64,000 nucleotides of DNA from Octopus sinensis (Eukaryota). The notes under the pieces were generated by a model. The model had not been told where the DNA came from, did not search any database, and was given only the letters and a program-made list of their open reading frames with translations. The first letter of the stretch is position 1. The number at the start of each line of letters is the position of its first letter. The stretch is from NCBI RefSeq assembly GCF_006345805.1, contig NC_042997.1, positions 113,274,001 to 113,338,000 on the forward strand, written 5' to 3'. This document shows positions 12,231-26,609 of this stretch, one piece after another. The translations under genes were made by a program, and so were the position numbers.

Positions 12231-13983
12231 AATAATTATAATGATAATAATAATAATAATAATAATAATATAATAATAATAATCCTGGTTTTAATGATGT
12301 CTTCCCCTCACTGTTTCAGGCTTTGGAAGTTATCCCCCTCTGCTTTCCTTGATCAAATTTAAACTTTCAATAAATATTTTCTTCTTAAAATCTGTTTGCT
12401 TGCTAAAATAAGTGATATTATCCCTGGTTTAACTCTGTTTCCGAGCCTTGCACACATGCAATTTGATCTCATCATTTAACTAAGGATTATGGAATTAAAA
12501 TAAAGTTTCAGGATCTGAAAGATTGATGTGTCTTTTTGCTTTCCTTTTTTTCTTTCTTTCTTTCTTTCTTAAATGCCGTGTCATCTCTGATGTTGCTACA
12601 GAATGGCATTTCTTATTTTGTCCTTTATGAAAATTTTATTAATCATCTTGCGTTGTAACAATAAACTGGCTTTTCTCGTTTATCATTTTTACACAGGAAA
12701 TTTCACAGGAAATATATCTTCTAACAAAATTAATGTTCCTGTCAAATCACTTTTTCTTTTCTTCTTATTCTGCAAAAGATATAACTTGTGATGACAACGA
12801 CGGCAGTGGTGGGGTGGTGGTGGTGGTGGTGGTGATTGAGGGAGAGTGGTGAAAGCTGTTGTTGTTTACTCCCAGGATAATCCTGGTTGAGTTGAACTAG
12901 GATCAACAATATTCAAACCACCCATGACCATCCAGTTTATTTATTACTTCTCTTTCAATCTCAACGTCCTCTGGAACCAAAGGATTCTCAAACAGACAAA
13001 TCCCACCCTATCCCCACCCCTGCCACAAAATAATCGTGCAATTCCCCCCCTCCTGTATTTTTGTTAACAAGAAAACAAAATGGAGTTCATCTTCGTACAA
13101 TTCTTCTTGCTTTGCCATGGTGTTGGAAAAATTTCCAAAGTTTAAAACTCATTTAGTTTTATTAATCAAGGTAATTTGTCTGTTGTTCTTCTTTTCGATC
13201 CTCCCATGCCCTTCCCCTATGAGAAACATCACTCTGGACTACATTGTCAGATGTGTTGGCTGTTATTTCTAGCAAACCTTGCAACTGCATAGATTCATTG
13301 AGAACCCTTTTTTAGCATCAGAAAACAATTGCTAGAACCTGATAATCTATAAGAGATAGGACCCCTTTTCTGAGAGAATCCCTATGGCTGTGTGGTTATG
13401 TAGTTTGCTTAGCAACGACATGGTTTTTGGTTCAGTCCTACCATGCACGGCACCTTGGAGGAGTGTCTTCTAGAATAGTTCCAGGCTGACCAATACCTTG
13501 TGAGTGAATTTGGTTCACAGAAACTGAAGAAAGCGTATCATACATACATACATATACATATATCATCATCATCGTTTAACATCCGTTTTCCATGCTGGTA
13601 TGGGTTGGACGGTTTCACTGAGGTCTGGAAAGCCAGCAGCTGCACCAAGCTCAAATGTGATCTGGCAATGTTTCTACAGCTGGATGCCCTTCCTAACGCC
13701 AACCACTCTGAGAATGTAGTGGATTCTTTTTACATGCTACTGACACAGGAGCCAGTCATGTGGGTCTGGTATCAATCACGTTTGAATAGTGCTTTTTGTG
13801 TGCCACCGGCACGGGAGCCATATATAGAAGTGGCTGTGTGATAAGAAGCTTGCTCCCCAACCATATGGTCCTGGGTTCAGTCCCAATACGTGGCACCTTG
13901 GGAAAGTGTCTTCTGCTCTAGTCTCAGGTTGATCAAAGCCTTGTGAGTGAAAGTTGGCAGACAGAAACTGAAAGAAGCCCATC

Positions 13984-14015
<32 letters not shown>

Positions 14016-14383
14016 TTGTGTGTCTGTGTCCCCCCCCCACCATAATTTGACAACTGGTGTTGGTGTGGTTATGTCCCCGTAACTTAGTGGTTCGTCAAAA
14101 GTGTCTGATAGAATAAGTATTTAGCTTACAAAGAATAAGTCCTGGGGTCAATTTGCTTGACTAAAGGCAGTGCTCTAGCATGGCCTCAGTCAAATGACTG
14201 AAACAAGTAAAAGAATATGTATATGTCATCATCATCATCATCATCATCGTTTAACATCCGTTTTCCATGCTGGCATGGGTTGGACAGTTTGACTGGGGTC
14301 TGGGAAGCTTGGAGGTTGCAACAGTCTCCAATCTGATCTGGCAAAGTTTCTACAGCTGGATACTCTGTTGTGATTTTATCTAG

Positions 14384-15102
14384 AGGGAAAGCATCCTTAT
14401 TTTTTGCCTTTCTGCCCTCAGCAGTTATGGCCCATGTTTCACTGCTGAGGAGTAGACAAGAAGGCAGAAAATAAGGATGCTCTTCCCTTGTGTAATGTCA
14501 GTGTGCTTACATGACAGAGTGTAAGTGCCCTGAGAGAAAAGTTGGAAATAAGATGCATCAGATGTGGTGTGCAAGAGAGATGACTGCTCTGGTATAGTCA
14601 TGTGTTGCGTATGAATGAAGACAGCTGTGTGTGGAAGTGTCACTCCCTAACTGTGGAAGGAACCTGTAGAAGAGGTAGACCCAAGAAGACATGGGATGAG
14701 GTGGTGAAGCATGACCTTCAAACGTTGGACTTCACAGAGGCAATAACAGGAGACTGAGACTTTTGGAGATATGCTGTGATTGAGAAGACCTGTTGAGTCA
14801 AGTAAAACCAGAATTGTAGCTGTGGCCATGCCCCCTCACTAGCTTCCATGCCAGTGGCACGTAAAAAGCACTATTCTGAATGTGATCGGTGTTAGGGCTG
14901 CCTGACTGGCTCCCTGTGCCAGTGGCACATAAAAGCACCCACTACACTCTCGGAGTGGTTGGCGTCAGGAAGGGCATCCAGCTGTAGAAACATTGCCAGA
15001 TCAGTTTGGACGCTGGTGCAGCCGCTGGCTTTCCAGACCTCTGTCAAACTTTTTAACCCATGCTAGCATGAAAAACGGACATTAAACAATGATGATGATG
15101 AT
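14384..15102 (+). mobile_element. 5'-truncated RTE-clade LINE (ORF end + 3'UTR + (GAT)n) with foldback at the 5' junction
   Basis: Decayed frame ALREKLEIRCIRCGVQER*LLWYSHVLRMNEDSCVWKCHSLTVEGTCRRGRPKKTWDEVVKHDL (RTE C-terminus), running into the abundant (GAT)n-tailed repeat. Confidence 0.85.
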
Positions 15103-18100
15103 ATCTACTCTTTGCAAGGATGTTGCTCCAGTATGGCTGCAGTCCAGTAACTGAATCAAGTCAAAAAGGATGTAAATTACATTAAATTACTGTTTTAGTC
15201 TTAAGAATTAAACATGTTTTTTAGTCTTTTTCTTACAAATTATTTTTGTAGAGTTTTTGCTAGCAAGAAAATTCAGATGTGACCGTGGGCAAAATATTGC
15301 TCAAGAATGTAGGATCTTCTCCACCCCTGATGTAGAAGCAGTGTTGGGCTGTTATTTGCTCATCTTACTTTGTTGTTATCACTATGTGGAATATCCACAT
15401 CATGAATTCCTGTGAATTTTATTGATTGTTTGCTATGCATTAGATGTGAAACTTGAGATCTGTTATCAGTAAAGAGGGAAAAGAAGAGGAAAAGAAAAGA
15501 ACATCGATGCTTAAAAAAATGGTATGGAATGAGGAAAACATAGACAAAAGGAAAGTGATGAATTGTGTTGGAGGGAGCTGTTGACTTTTAATGCAACTTT
15601 AGTGTCGGCTGTAACCAATGTGGGCATTTGTGCGCGCACACACACACACACACACATACAGAGGAAGCATGAAAGGGAGAAAGCAGATGGTTGAGAAATG
15701 TCAGGAATACTTTAACACTGCTGCTGCCTCTCTCCCACCCTACTACTACTACTACTACCACCACCACCACCACTACTACTACTACTACTACAAATGACTT
15801 GTTACATTCAATACTTCTAAACGCAGCCAAGTATCTTTTCCCCACCATCATGAAATTTCTGATCTTCCTCTATTTTAATAATTAAGACTGCTTATTATCA
15901 GTTCTTTTATTACCTTATGATTTTATTTCATTTTATTAGCTCCTGGTCTATGCCTTCCTCTTTGTCTATCCTTCTACACCTCAACCATCACCTGTATCTG
16001 TATCACAGGTGCGACTATCATCTAAAACTTCCTGTCTGAAGTGGCCAGTTGAGTCAAAATGACAATGACTGTTAGTGATAAATGCCATCTTCTTCATGGA
16101 TGTCAACCTCCTCCCAGCCTAACGACTAAAGTGATGAAGCTCTTTCAAATATATCCAGCCCTTAACAACTTCTTAGGAAGAAACCAGACACCAGCTCCAG
16201 ATGGAAAAGCTTGAGGACGACCCTACTCCAATTAACATGGGCATATCCCTGCTGTAAACTTCTATCTTGGATCAGAAGCAGTATGGATCTAGTGGAAGAT
16301 ACCCAACCACATGAGAATGCAAATGGGATGGTCAAAAGTTCTTTTGGCTGGATGGGGCTACAAGATCAGCCCAACCACCTATGAAAGTGGAGGGTTGCCT
16401 TATGTCTGCCTTATTACCCAACATCTGCAGCTCAAAAGGTCTTGCAAAGTTCAATAAAAATACAAAAAAACTGTGTAAAGGAAAGGAAAACTGCTGTGTA
16501 ATCGTTGTATTTCAGTGAATTGAAAGAAAAGACGAAAGAAGTCATCATCATCATCGTTTAACGTCCGCTTTCCATGCTGGCATGTGTTGGACGGTTTGAC
16601 TGAGGACTGGCAAACTGGGAGGTTGCACCAAGTTCCAATCTGATCTGGCAAGGTTTCTGCAGCTGGATGCCCTTCCTAATGCCAACAACTACTATAAAAT
16701 TGTAGTGGGTGTTTTTTATGTGCCACCAGCATGAGAGCCAATCAGACAGCACTGGCATTGGCCATGCTCAAATGATGCTGTTTATGTGTCACCAGCATGG
16801 GAGCCAGTCAGGTGGGCTAACATAGTTCACACTTGAATGTTTTTTTTTATGTGCTACCAATATGTTGTCAGGCGGCACTGGCATCAGCCATGACAACAAT
16901 TTTACTTGAATCAACAGGTCTTCTCAAGCACAGCAGATTGCCCAAGGATTGAAGGGTACTTTTAAATGGGCCGGGTACTTTTAAACCTTTATCTGTTATT
17001 CTTTAGCTTGTTTCAGTCATTAGACTGCGACCATACTGGAGCTGAACTGCTAAGTTATGGGGATGTAAACACACCACCACTGATTGTCAAGTGGTGGTGG
17101 TGGACAAACACACACACACACATGATGAGCTTCTTTCAGTGTCTGTCTACTAAATCCACTCACAAAGCTTTGGTTGACCTGATGCTCTAGTAGAAGACAC
17201 TTGCCCAAGGTTCCATGCAGTGGGACTGAACCTGGAGCCATGTGGTTGGCAAGCAAACTTCTTACCTCACAGCCACACCTTTGCCCTTGGCACTGCTTCC
17301 TATTCGTCTTGCTTGGACATAGACTCAAGTCCTGTGATGTCTGTTCCGTGTAGCCTATGTGATTAATGCACACAAAATATATTCTCTGGAAATGAAATAT
17401 GAGACAAGCAAAACAAAGCGAAACAAACATTCATCTGCTAACAAGACAAACCGACAAGGATTCAAGTAAACAGAGATGACATTTGCTATTTATATAGAGG
17501 TGGGCATGGCTGTATTGTTGAGAAGCTTACTTTCCAGATTCATGGTTTGGGTTCAATACCTACCTTGGGTAAGTATCTTCTACTATACTCCTGGGCCGAC
17601 CAATGCTTTCTGAGGGGATTTGACTGACAGAGAATGTGTGGAATTCTGTCATGTATATTCGTATGTATTAAATCCAATTTTGAGTTTTTAACATCTTTTC
17701 TCCATTTTTATAATTGTTTATGGTATCTTTATACCTATAACGAACTTTTTCAATATATATATTTTAAATATAAGGTAAAAGTTAAATATTAATTTTTTAC
17801 CAGTAGCCAGTGTGATTAAAAATGTGTGTGTGTTTGTGTGTGTGTGCCTGTGCTTTCCCCCACCCATCACTTGACAAACAGTGTTTAGTTGTTTACATCC
17901 TTGTAACTTAGCAGTTTAACAAAAGAGACCAATAAAATAAGTACTAAACTCAAAAATAAGCACTAGGGGCAATGTGTTCAACTAAGACCCATCAAGGTGG
18001 TATTGCAGCATGCTACAGTCCAGTGACTGAAACAAGTAAACGATAGATCGATTCCACATGTAGATATTTCTTAGAGCCAAAGATGAGAGCTGGGTGCCTG

Positions 18101-19429
18101 GCAGGAACCGATGACTACTGGTGAGCTGTCTTGTAAAGAATTGCAAAATCTCCTACCAAAAGTACTGTCTCTCATGCTCCACACCTAATTACAATGGCAA
18201 TTAAGAGCAAATTATAGATTTCTCCTTGTAGATTTTGGAGTTCAGCTCCTCTATTCCACAACTGTAGCCTATACTTTCTTTTAAAGAGCCATCTAGTCAC
18301 TTAAAGAAGTTTGATTTCAACACTGCAAGTTAAAAACTGAGGTGGTTTCAAATCTGTTAAGCTTGTTCAACAAACAAGAATGGTGTGGATGGAAACTGGA
18401 TTCTGTGTTCTCATTGATGAAGAAGGAGGAAGGAAAATCATCATCATCATCGTTGTCACTGTTTAACGTCTGCTTTCCATGCTAGCATGGGTTGGACAAT
18501 TTGACTGAGGGCTGGTGAACCAGATGGCTGCACCAGGCTCCAATCTTGATCTGGCAGAGTTTCTACAGCTTGATGTCCTTCCTAATGCCAACCACTCCAA
18601 GAGTGTAGTGGGTGCTTTTTACATGCCACCGGCACGGGAGCCAGTCAGGCAGTACTGGCAATGACCTCACTCGAGTCTTTTTACACATGCCACCAGCACA
18701 GGTGCCAGTAAGGCGACGTTGGTAATGATCACGCTTGAATGGTGCCCTTTTACATGCCACAGCACATAAATATCTTTGGAAGGAAATTAACTATGGAAGG
18801 AAATTGGAGACACAATTGAAATTGTTTTGAATGAAACTGTATTATGAAGATTATAAATTTATTGTTCAATTAAGATTTTTAGAGAGAAAATTGATGAATA
18901 AACACCAAAAAATAAAAAAGAGCTCAATTAATGAAAGGTCGTTAAACTTCAACATGTTATTACATTGCTGTAAGTCTAGGTGGAACTGTCTAGTATGTGT
19001 CTACATAATTGGCTCAAACTGCAAGCAACAACACCAGTTGTGCATCCCTTGCGTTACTTTCAGCTGTGAGTGCAGCAACGGTGAAGGTGGTCAGATATAA
19101 TTCATTGGCCCTTCCTGGCTCAGATGATAACTTAATGACTTTGCCATCTGTGACATTCAAACTAAATTTATTACCCATTAAACACGATAAGAAACAGTTA
19201 GATGGCAGTTGGATGATTTATATTTTCATGTTTATTTTACCATCATTATTAACATCACACAATGTTTCAGTATATTTTAACTTCACGAATTTGGCTTTCA
19301 ACATCTTGGTAATATCTCAATATCATCTTTCGGTTTAAGGTGGCAAGCTGGTGCAATCATTAGCATACGGGGCAGACTGCTTAATGACATTTTATCTGGT
19401 TTCATGGTCTGAGTTCAAATTCCAGCAGC

Positions 19430-19810
19430 TCACGTTCTCTTTGTGCTCCTGTGTTCCCATTTTGTTTGCAGGAGATGGCACCACTGTTTGTGCAGCTACA
19501 CCAGGCAGGGCTGACCTGTGTTTGCATTTTCCAGATGTCAGGGTTGACCTGAAAGCACCTCAGTGAGGCTTTAAGTGTGTCCTTAAAGCGCTTTTTCTGT
19601 CCACCTTTCATATGCTTGCCTTCTGCCAGTTCGTTGTAAAACAGTCTTTTGGGGAGTCACATGTCAGGCACTCGAACAGGGTAGCCTCCTCCTCTAACTT
19701 GCACTCTCCTCAGCAACATGTAAATGCTTGACAGACCAGCTTGAGAGAGGACCTCCATGCCTGGGGCTCGGTCTTGCCGGGGAATTTCAACAGCTTTCTC
19801 AGACAGTTCA
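19430..19810 (-). mobile_element. RTE-like LINE 3' ORF fragment (second RTE family)
   Basis: ORF 19402-19611: KGGQKKRFKDTLKASLRCFQVNPDIW, the RTE C-terminal motif. Confidence 0.75.
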
Positions 19811-20762
19811 TGTTTGTTTTTAGATTCAGTTAAAATATAAACAGTTTTACATTAATTGGCCAATACACATAAACACACACACACGCACACACACATACAC
19901 ACACATACACACACACACACACATGCACAAACACACACACACACACAGTGGGTAACAATACAATAGAAGGCATAGAATACAGACAGACAGGAAAGTGCTC
20001 AGACTAGATCTAATTCCTAAAATCCAACATCCTTATCATAGAAGACATAATCTGGTTAAACAAAGACAGCTAAAGGAAATACATTGGTTGAGCTGAGGAA
20101 AATAAAAATAAAAGATGGTTGAGAAGCTGTTTAAAGTATCAAAGCATTTATAAGTTGTGCAAATACATATCTGAATATAATTAAGCAAAAACCAGGAAGG
20201 TAGTCTATCGTAGCCCTTCATAAATGAGTAGATATCTTGAAATATAACTGAGAAAAGTGAATTTATTATAGTAGTAACTATGGAAGACTGGTGGGATTAT
20301 TATTTGTATGGACTTAAAGATTGGTTGCTATTTAGTATATAATTTAGTTAGTATAGGTTTACTATTAATACCGATACAGATGTCCATAGATTTATGTGTT
20401 TCTTTGTTGTAGTTTAATTTTAAAGTAAGTGCTTAATCCTGCCTGTATTTAGATTGAATGAATGTGGTTATTAAGCTTTCACTTTTATATTATACTATGG
20501 AAGACTGTAGGGAATAAAATGTATGACTTAAAGGTTTGGTTACTGTTTAGTTAGGAATTTAGGAGTTGGTTATAGATTTACTTATTGAATTAATTTACCG
20601 ATAAATGTGTTTGAAAGTTGTGGTTTCTTTGGTATGTTTGTTCCCAAACAGCACTTCTTTTGGTGCTGTTGGCACCGCCAGACTGAATGGTACTGCCCTG
20701 GTGTTGAAACCATAATGATAGACGTGGGGAAGCTGATGATGGAGGTACGTTGGATTGTTGGT

Positions 20763-20905
20763 ATGGCTGTTTTTGTATATGTGCTATAGTATTATAACAC
20801 ATCCTTTTGATATATATATGGAATTTGGAATTTGGAATGGCTGTTTTTGTATATGTGCTATAGTATTATAACACATCCTTTTGATATATATAATGGAATT
20901 TGGAA
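20763..20905. repeat. 74-bp direct tandem duplication at an RTE 5' junction
   Basis: atggctgtttttgtatatgtgctatagtattataacacatccttttgatatatat starts at both 20763 and 20837. Confidence 0.9.
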
Positions 20906-21366
20906 TTTGTATCCTTGTGGTACCAGTGCCGGTGGCACATAAGAAAACCATCCGAACGTGATCGTAGCCAGTACCGCAACGACTGGCCTCCATGCTGAGG
21001 GCACATAACAAACACCATCCGAGCGTGGCCGTCCGCCAGCCCCGTCTGGCACCTGTGTCGGTGACACATAAGAAAACACCATCCGAGCGTGGCCGTCAGC
21101 CAGCCTCGTCTGGCACCTGTGTCGGTGGCACATAAAAAACACCATCCGAGCGTGGCCGTCTGCCAGCCTCGTCTGGCACCTGTGTCGGTGGCACATAAAA
21201 TCACCCACTACACTCTCGGAGTGGTTGGCGTTAGGAAGGGCATCCAGCTGTAGAAACACTGCCAGATCTGACTGGCCTGGTGCAGCCTTCGGGCTTGCCA
21301 GACCCCAGTTGAACCGTCCAACCCATGCTAGCATGGAAAGCGGACGTTAAACGATGATGATGATGA
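20905..21366 (+). mobile_element. RTE 3'UTR copy with ~63-bp internal tandem units
   Basis: Same subfamily as 30565-31460 in opposite orientation; units gccagacgaggctggc..acggccacgc..ggatggtg. Confidence 0.85.
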
Positions 21367-23436
21367 TATATATAAATAATTGAGATTCAGTTGAATTAGG
21401 TACTTAAGTTGAAGTACCAAGTCAATGTGGTATTATCTGCACAGCGCGAAGTAAGGTGAATGAAATCAAAATAAGCAACAGGATATCAAGAAGTGATGCG
21501 GTACGACTGTTTCAAGTGGCTCCATTTAATTGAACAATGCAATCATTACATCAATTTAAATGCAGAGCTATCATCAGCTGCACAAATAAACAGAATTTTA
21601 ATCAGCTGGACACATTAATATAATTTTTTCTCAAATACTTTAACAGAGCAAGAAGACGGTAGGAATCTATGTTGTCGCTATTGTAGCTAAGAATAGACTA
21701 CACTTCCAAGAAAGGCATGAAGCCCACTGCAGTCATTGCTTGTAAAGTATTGTGGTTCATTTCTAATTTATTTGTCTTTTTATCAACTACAAATCTAAGA
21801 CTAGAGGACTGTGTTTGTATAAAATGAAGGGCAAGAGTGATTTGACAGCTCATGGCTAGGTATGCTCATAAATATTGTCAAGACATTAGGAGTAGTAAAT
21901 TGGTTATAGAGTGACTATAAAAGGAGGCTGAGTAGGGGAAGACTCTAAATCATGATGTTAACTACCAGTTAAAGGGGCAAGAGGCTAATAAAACCTACAA
22001 TGTTAATACAGAGGAAATTTTATCATGGGGTCCTATGAGTGATTGTTTATACTCAACATACTGTATAAAAATAATATTTAAGATTATCAAAAATGATATC
22101 ATAACCAAAATAGGTTAAATGTGTGTATATATTAATTATCAACATCAAAAAGGAAAGATTACATAGAATCAGTTTAATATTTATTCATGTACTTAATTCT
22201 TTACTTATTAGGTGGCTTCGATAAAGTCTGCTCAGGGTTTTTGCTTATGGAATACTGGAAAGATAAACATGCTATCATCATCATCATCGTCATCATCATC
22301 ATTTAATGTCTGCTTTCCATGCTAGCATGGGTTGGACAATTTGACTGAGGACTAGTGAACCAGATGGCTGCACCAGGCTCCAATCTTGATCTGGCAGAGT
22401 TTCTACAGCTTGATGCCCTTCCTAATGCCAACCACTCCGAGAGTGTAGTGGGTGCTTTTATGTGTCACCGGCACGAGGGGCAGTCAGGTAGTACTGGCAA
22501 TGGCCATGCTCAAATGGTATTTTTTACGTTACACCTGCACAGATCTATATATTAATTGTAAGCCAAGAATCAGAAAAAATAAAGATGTGAACAGATATAC
22601 ACACATATTTATCTATGCGCACACATGCACACATACACAAATATTAATATAGATATAGTATAACCTTCACACATAGACTTAAATAACTAAAAAGTATCTA
22701 TTTACAAACAAGAAAAATAACAATTTAAAAGGGATAAGAGGTTAATATACAAATATTTATATGTTTATATGGATATAGTATAACAATCTCACATAGACCT
22801 AAGTAGCCAAAAAATCTCCATTTAAGAACTGTAACAACTTATAAGGGATACAAGGTTAATAGGTAAGGATATCAAAGTCAGAAAACAAAATAAGAATTTA
22901 TAGAAAATAATAAGAAATACATATAACCTATATTTAAAGAGACGGGGTATTAAAATTTGTGGTAGGGAAGACATAAAGGTAACCCGAAAAGAGTAGGAAG
23001 TAGGTATGGACGTAGTGAGAGCAATTAGAGGTATTCAGACCAAAGAGATTCTATAAGTTGCAATATTACAGGTGCTCTTACATATATGATTTTATAGTTT
23101 CTAGGAGGTATGTAATTAGGAAACTTACTTGCATAAAAGCCATTACAAATATGATCAGTAGGGTAGAACATCATAGAAAGGAAGAAAATAGTTTAATCAC
23201 CAAAAACATGATGAAGTCAGACTAACTAGGCAAGTGTTTTCATGGGATAGTAATTACATATAGCACACCACACACCATAACATATAGCTTATAACATATG
23301 CAATGCAATTTAATTCACCATATAATTCAATATTCCATGGTTTTATTATATATAATACTAGAAGGCAAGTTTACAACGGATATGACACCAAAAATTAATT
23401 TCCACCATCAAAGTTCAAGTATGGCACCTATAATCA

Positions 23437-25390
<1,954 letters not shown>

Positions 25391-25399
25391 ATATATATA

Positions 25400-26190
25400 T
25401 ATATATATATATATATGCATATATGGGTACAGGACATCACCAACAGTAAACAACATGAAATACAAAAAACAATGGGAGAAACAAATGGAAAACAGAACAA
25501 GTAACACAAAGAACAACCCTTCATCAGTTGTTGGCTGTCTATCTGCTCCTCATTTCAAGCATTGAATGACAATATGAATCTTCGAAGACAGTCGCTCCCA
25601 TAAGTACCAAAATAAAATTTGGGATTTATGGGGGGTCAAAGTTGGGAACAAAAACTGGACAGTGGAGACATAGAAGGAAACTGAAAGAAAACTAACATGG
25701 AGGGTCGTTACACCAGAACAAGGGTAAAATAGCAAATGCTGGAGAAATATTTTCTTTGAAAAGAGAAAAGATAGAAGAGAGAGACAGAATTCGTCCAGTC
25801 CTTAGGACAGTCCTGAAAGAAAAGAAAGATGGACGATGCTTACATGAGAGCAATGAGAAAGAGGGAAGAGAGATAGATAGATAGAAAACAGTGAATGGAA
25901 GAAAAAGATGGGTGGAGAAAACAGTATAGAGTTGCATCATGAATCCAAAATTTTATTTGGGAAGTTATGGGAGCAAATGTCTTCAAAGACTCATATTGTC
26001 GTTCAATGCTCAAAATGAGGAGTAGATAGACAGGCAACAACTGATGAAGGGCTGTTCTTTGTGTTACTTGTCCTGTTTTCCATCTGTTTCTCTTGTTTGC
26101 ATATTGAATTCATTTGTTTTTGTATTTCATGTTGTTTACTGTTGGTGATGTCCTGTATCCATATATGCATAAATATATATATATATATCC
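25400..26190. repeat. ~230-bp inverted repeat pair with ~310-bp purine-rich spacer
   Basis: About 25400-25630 is the reverse complement of about 25945-26190 (e.g. aacccttcatcagttgttggctgtctatctgctcctcattt vs aaatgaggagtagatagacaggcaacaactgatgaagggc). (TA)n on both outer sides. Confidence 0.85.
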
Positions 26191-26230
26191 AACAACCCCT
26201 TCATAAAATTAAGTAAATCAAAACCAAATA

Positions 26231-26489
26231 CCAACAGAACGGAACAACCACCAAGAAATCCTAACACACTCTACACCAGAAAAATACACTTAAAACACAC
26301 CCCACACTACCTACACCAACCCCAAAACACCTACAGAGGCCCACCACACCAATTCGAGAATAGATATACCAACAGAACAGAACAACCACCAAGAAATCCA
26401 AACACACTCTACACCAGAAAAATACATTTAAAACGCACCCCACACTACCTACACCAACCCCAAAACACTTACAGGGGCCCACCACACCA
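26231..26489 (+). repeat. 138-bp direct tandem duplication upstream of the PLE ORF
   Basis: ccaacagaac..gaacaaccaccaagaaatcc..cccaccacacca starts at 26231 and 26369. Confidence 0.9.
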
Positions 26490-26609
26490 TTTCACGAACC
26501 TAAGGGCTACAACATACAATACTATGAAATACAATCCACATAACCAAACTAAAACTCTACTAGGAACATCCACCCTAGGAACCAACCATACAAACCTAAC
26601 AAACAACAA

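Noticed and set aside
19009-19338. 109-aa plus-strand ORF overlapping a ~56-codon open minus-strand frame
   Set aside because: No recognisable family and weak splice signals; the strand cannot be chosen.
23280-23436. SECIS element downstream of the Naiad-like stop
   Set aside because: A TGAA...AAA arrangement is present on the minus strand, but I could not form the required helix and 3' GA quartet by eye. Not supported without SECISearch.
26035-26080. CTGATGA-A hammerhead-like core in the inverted-repeat arms (also 25520-25530, minus)
   Set aside because: No stem II followed by GAAA downstream.
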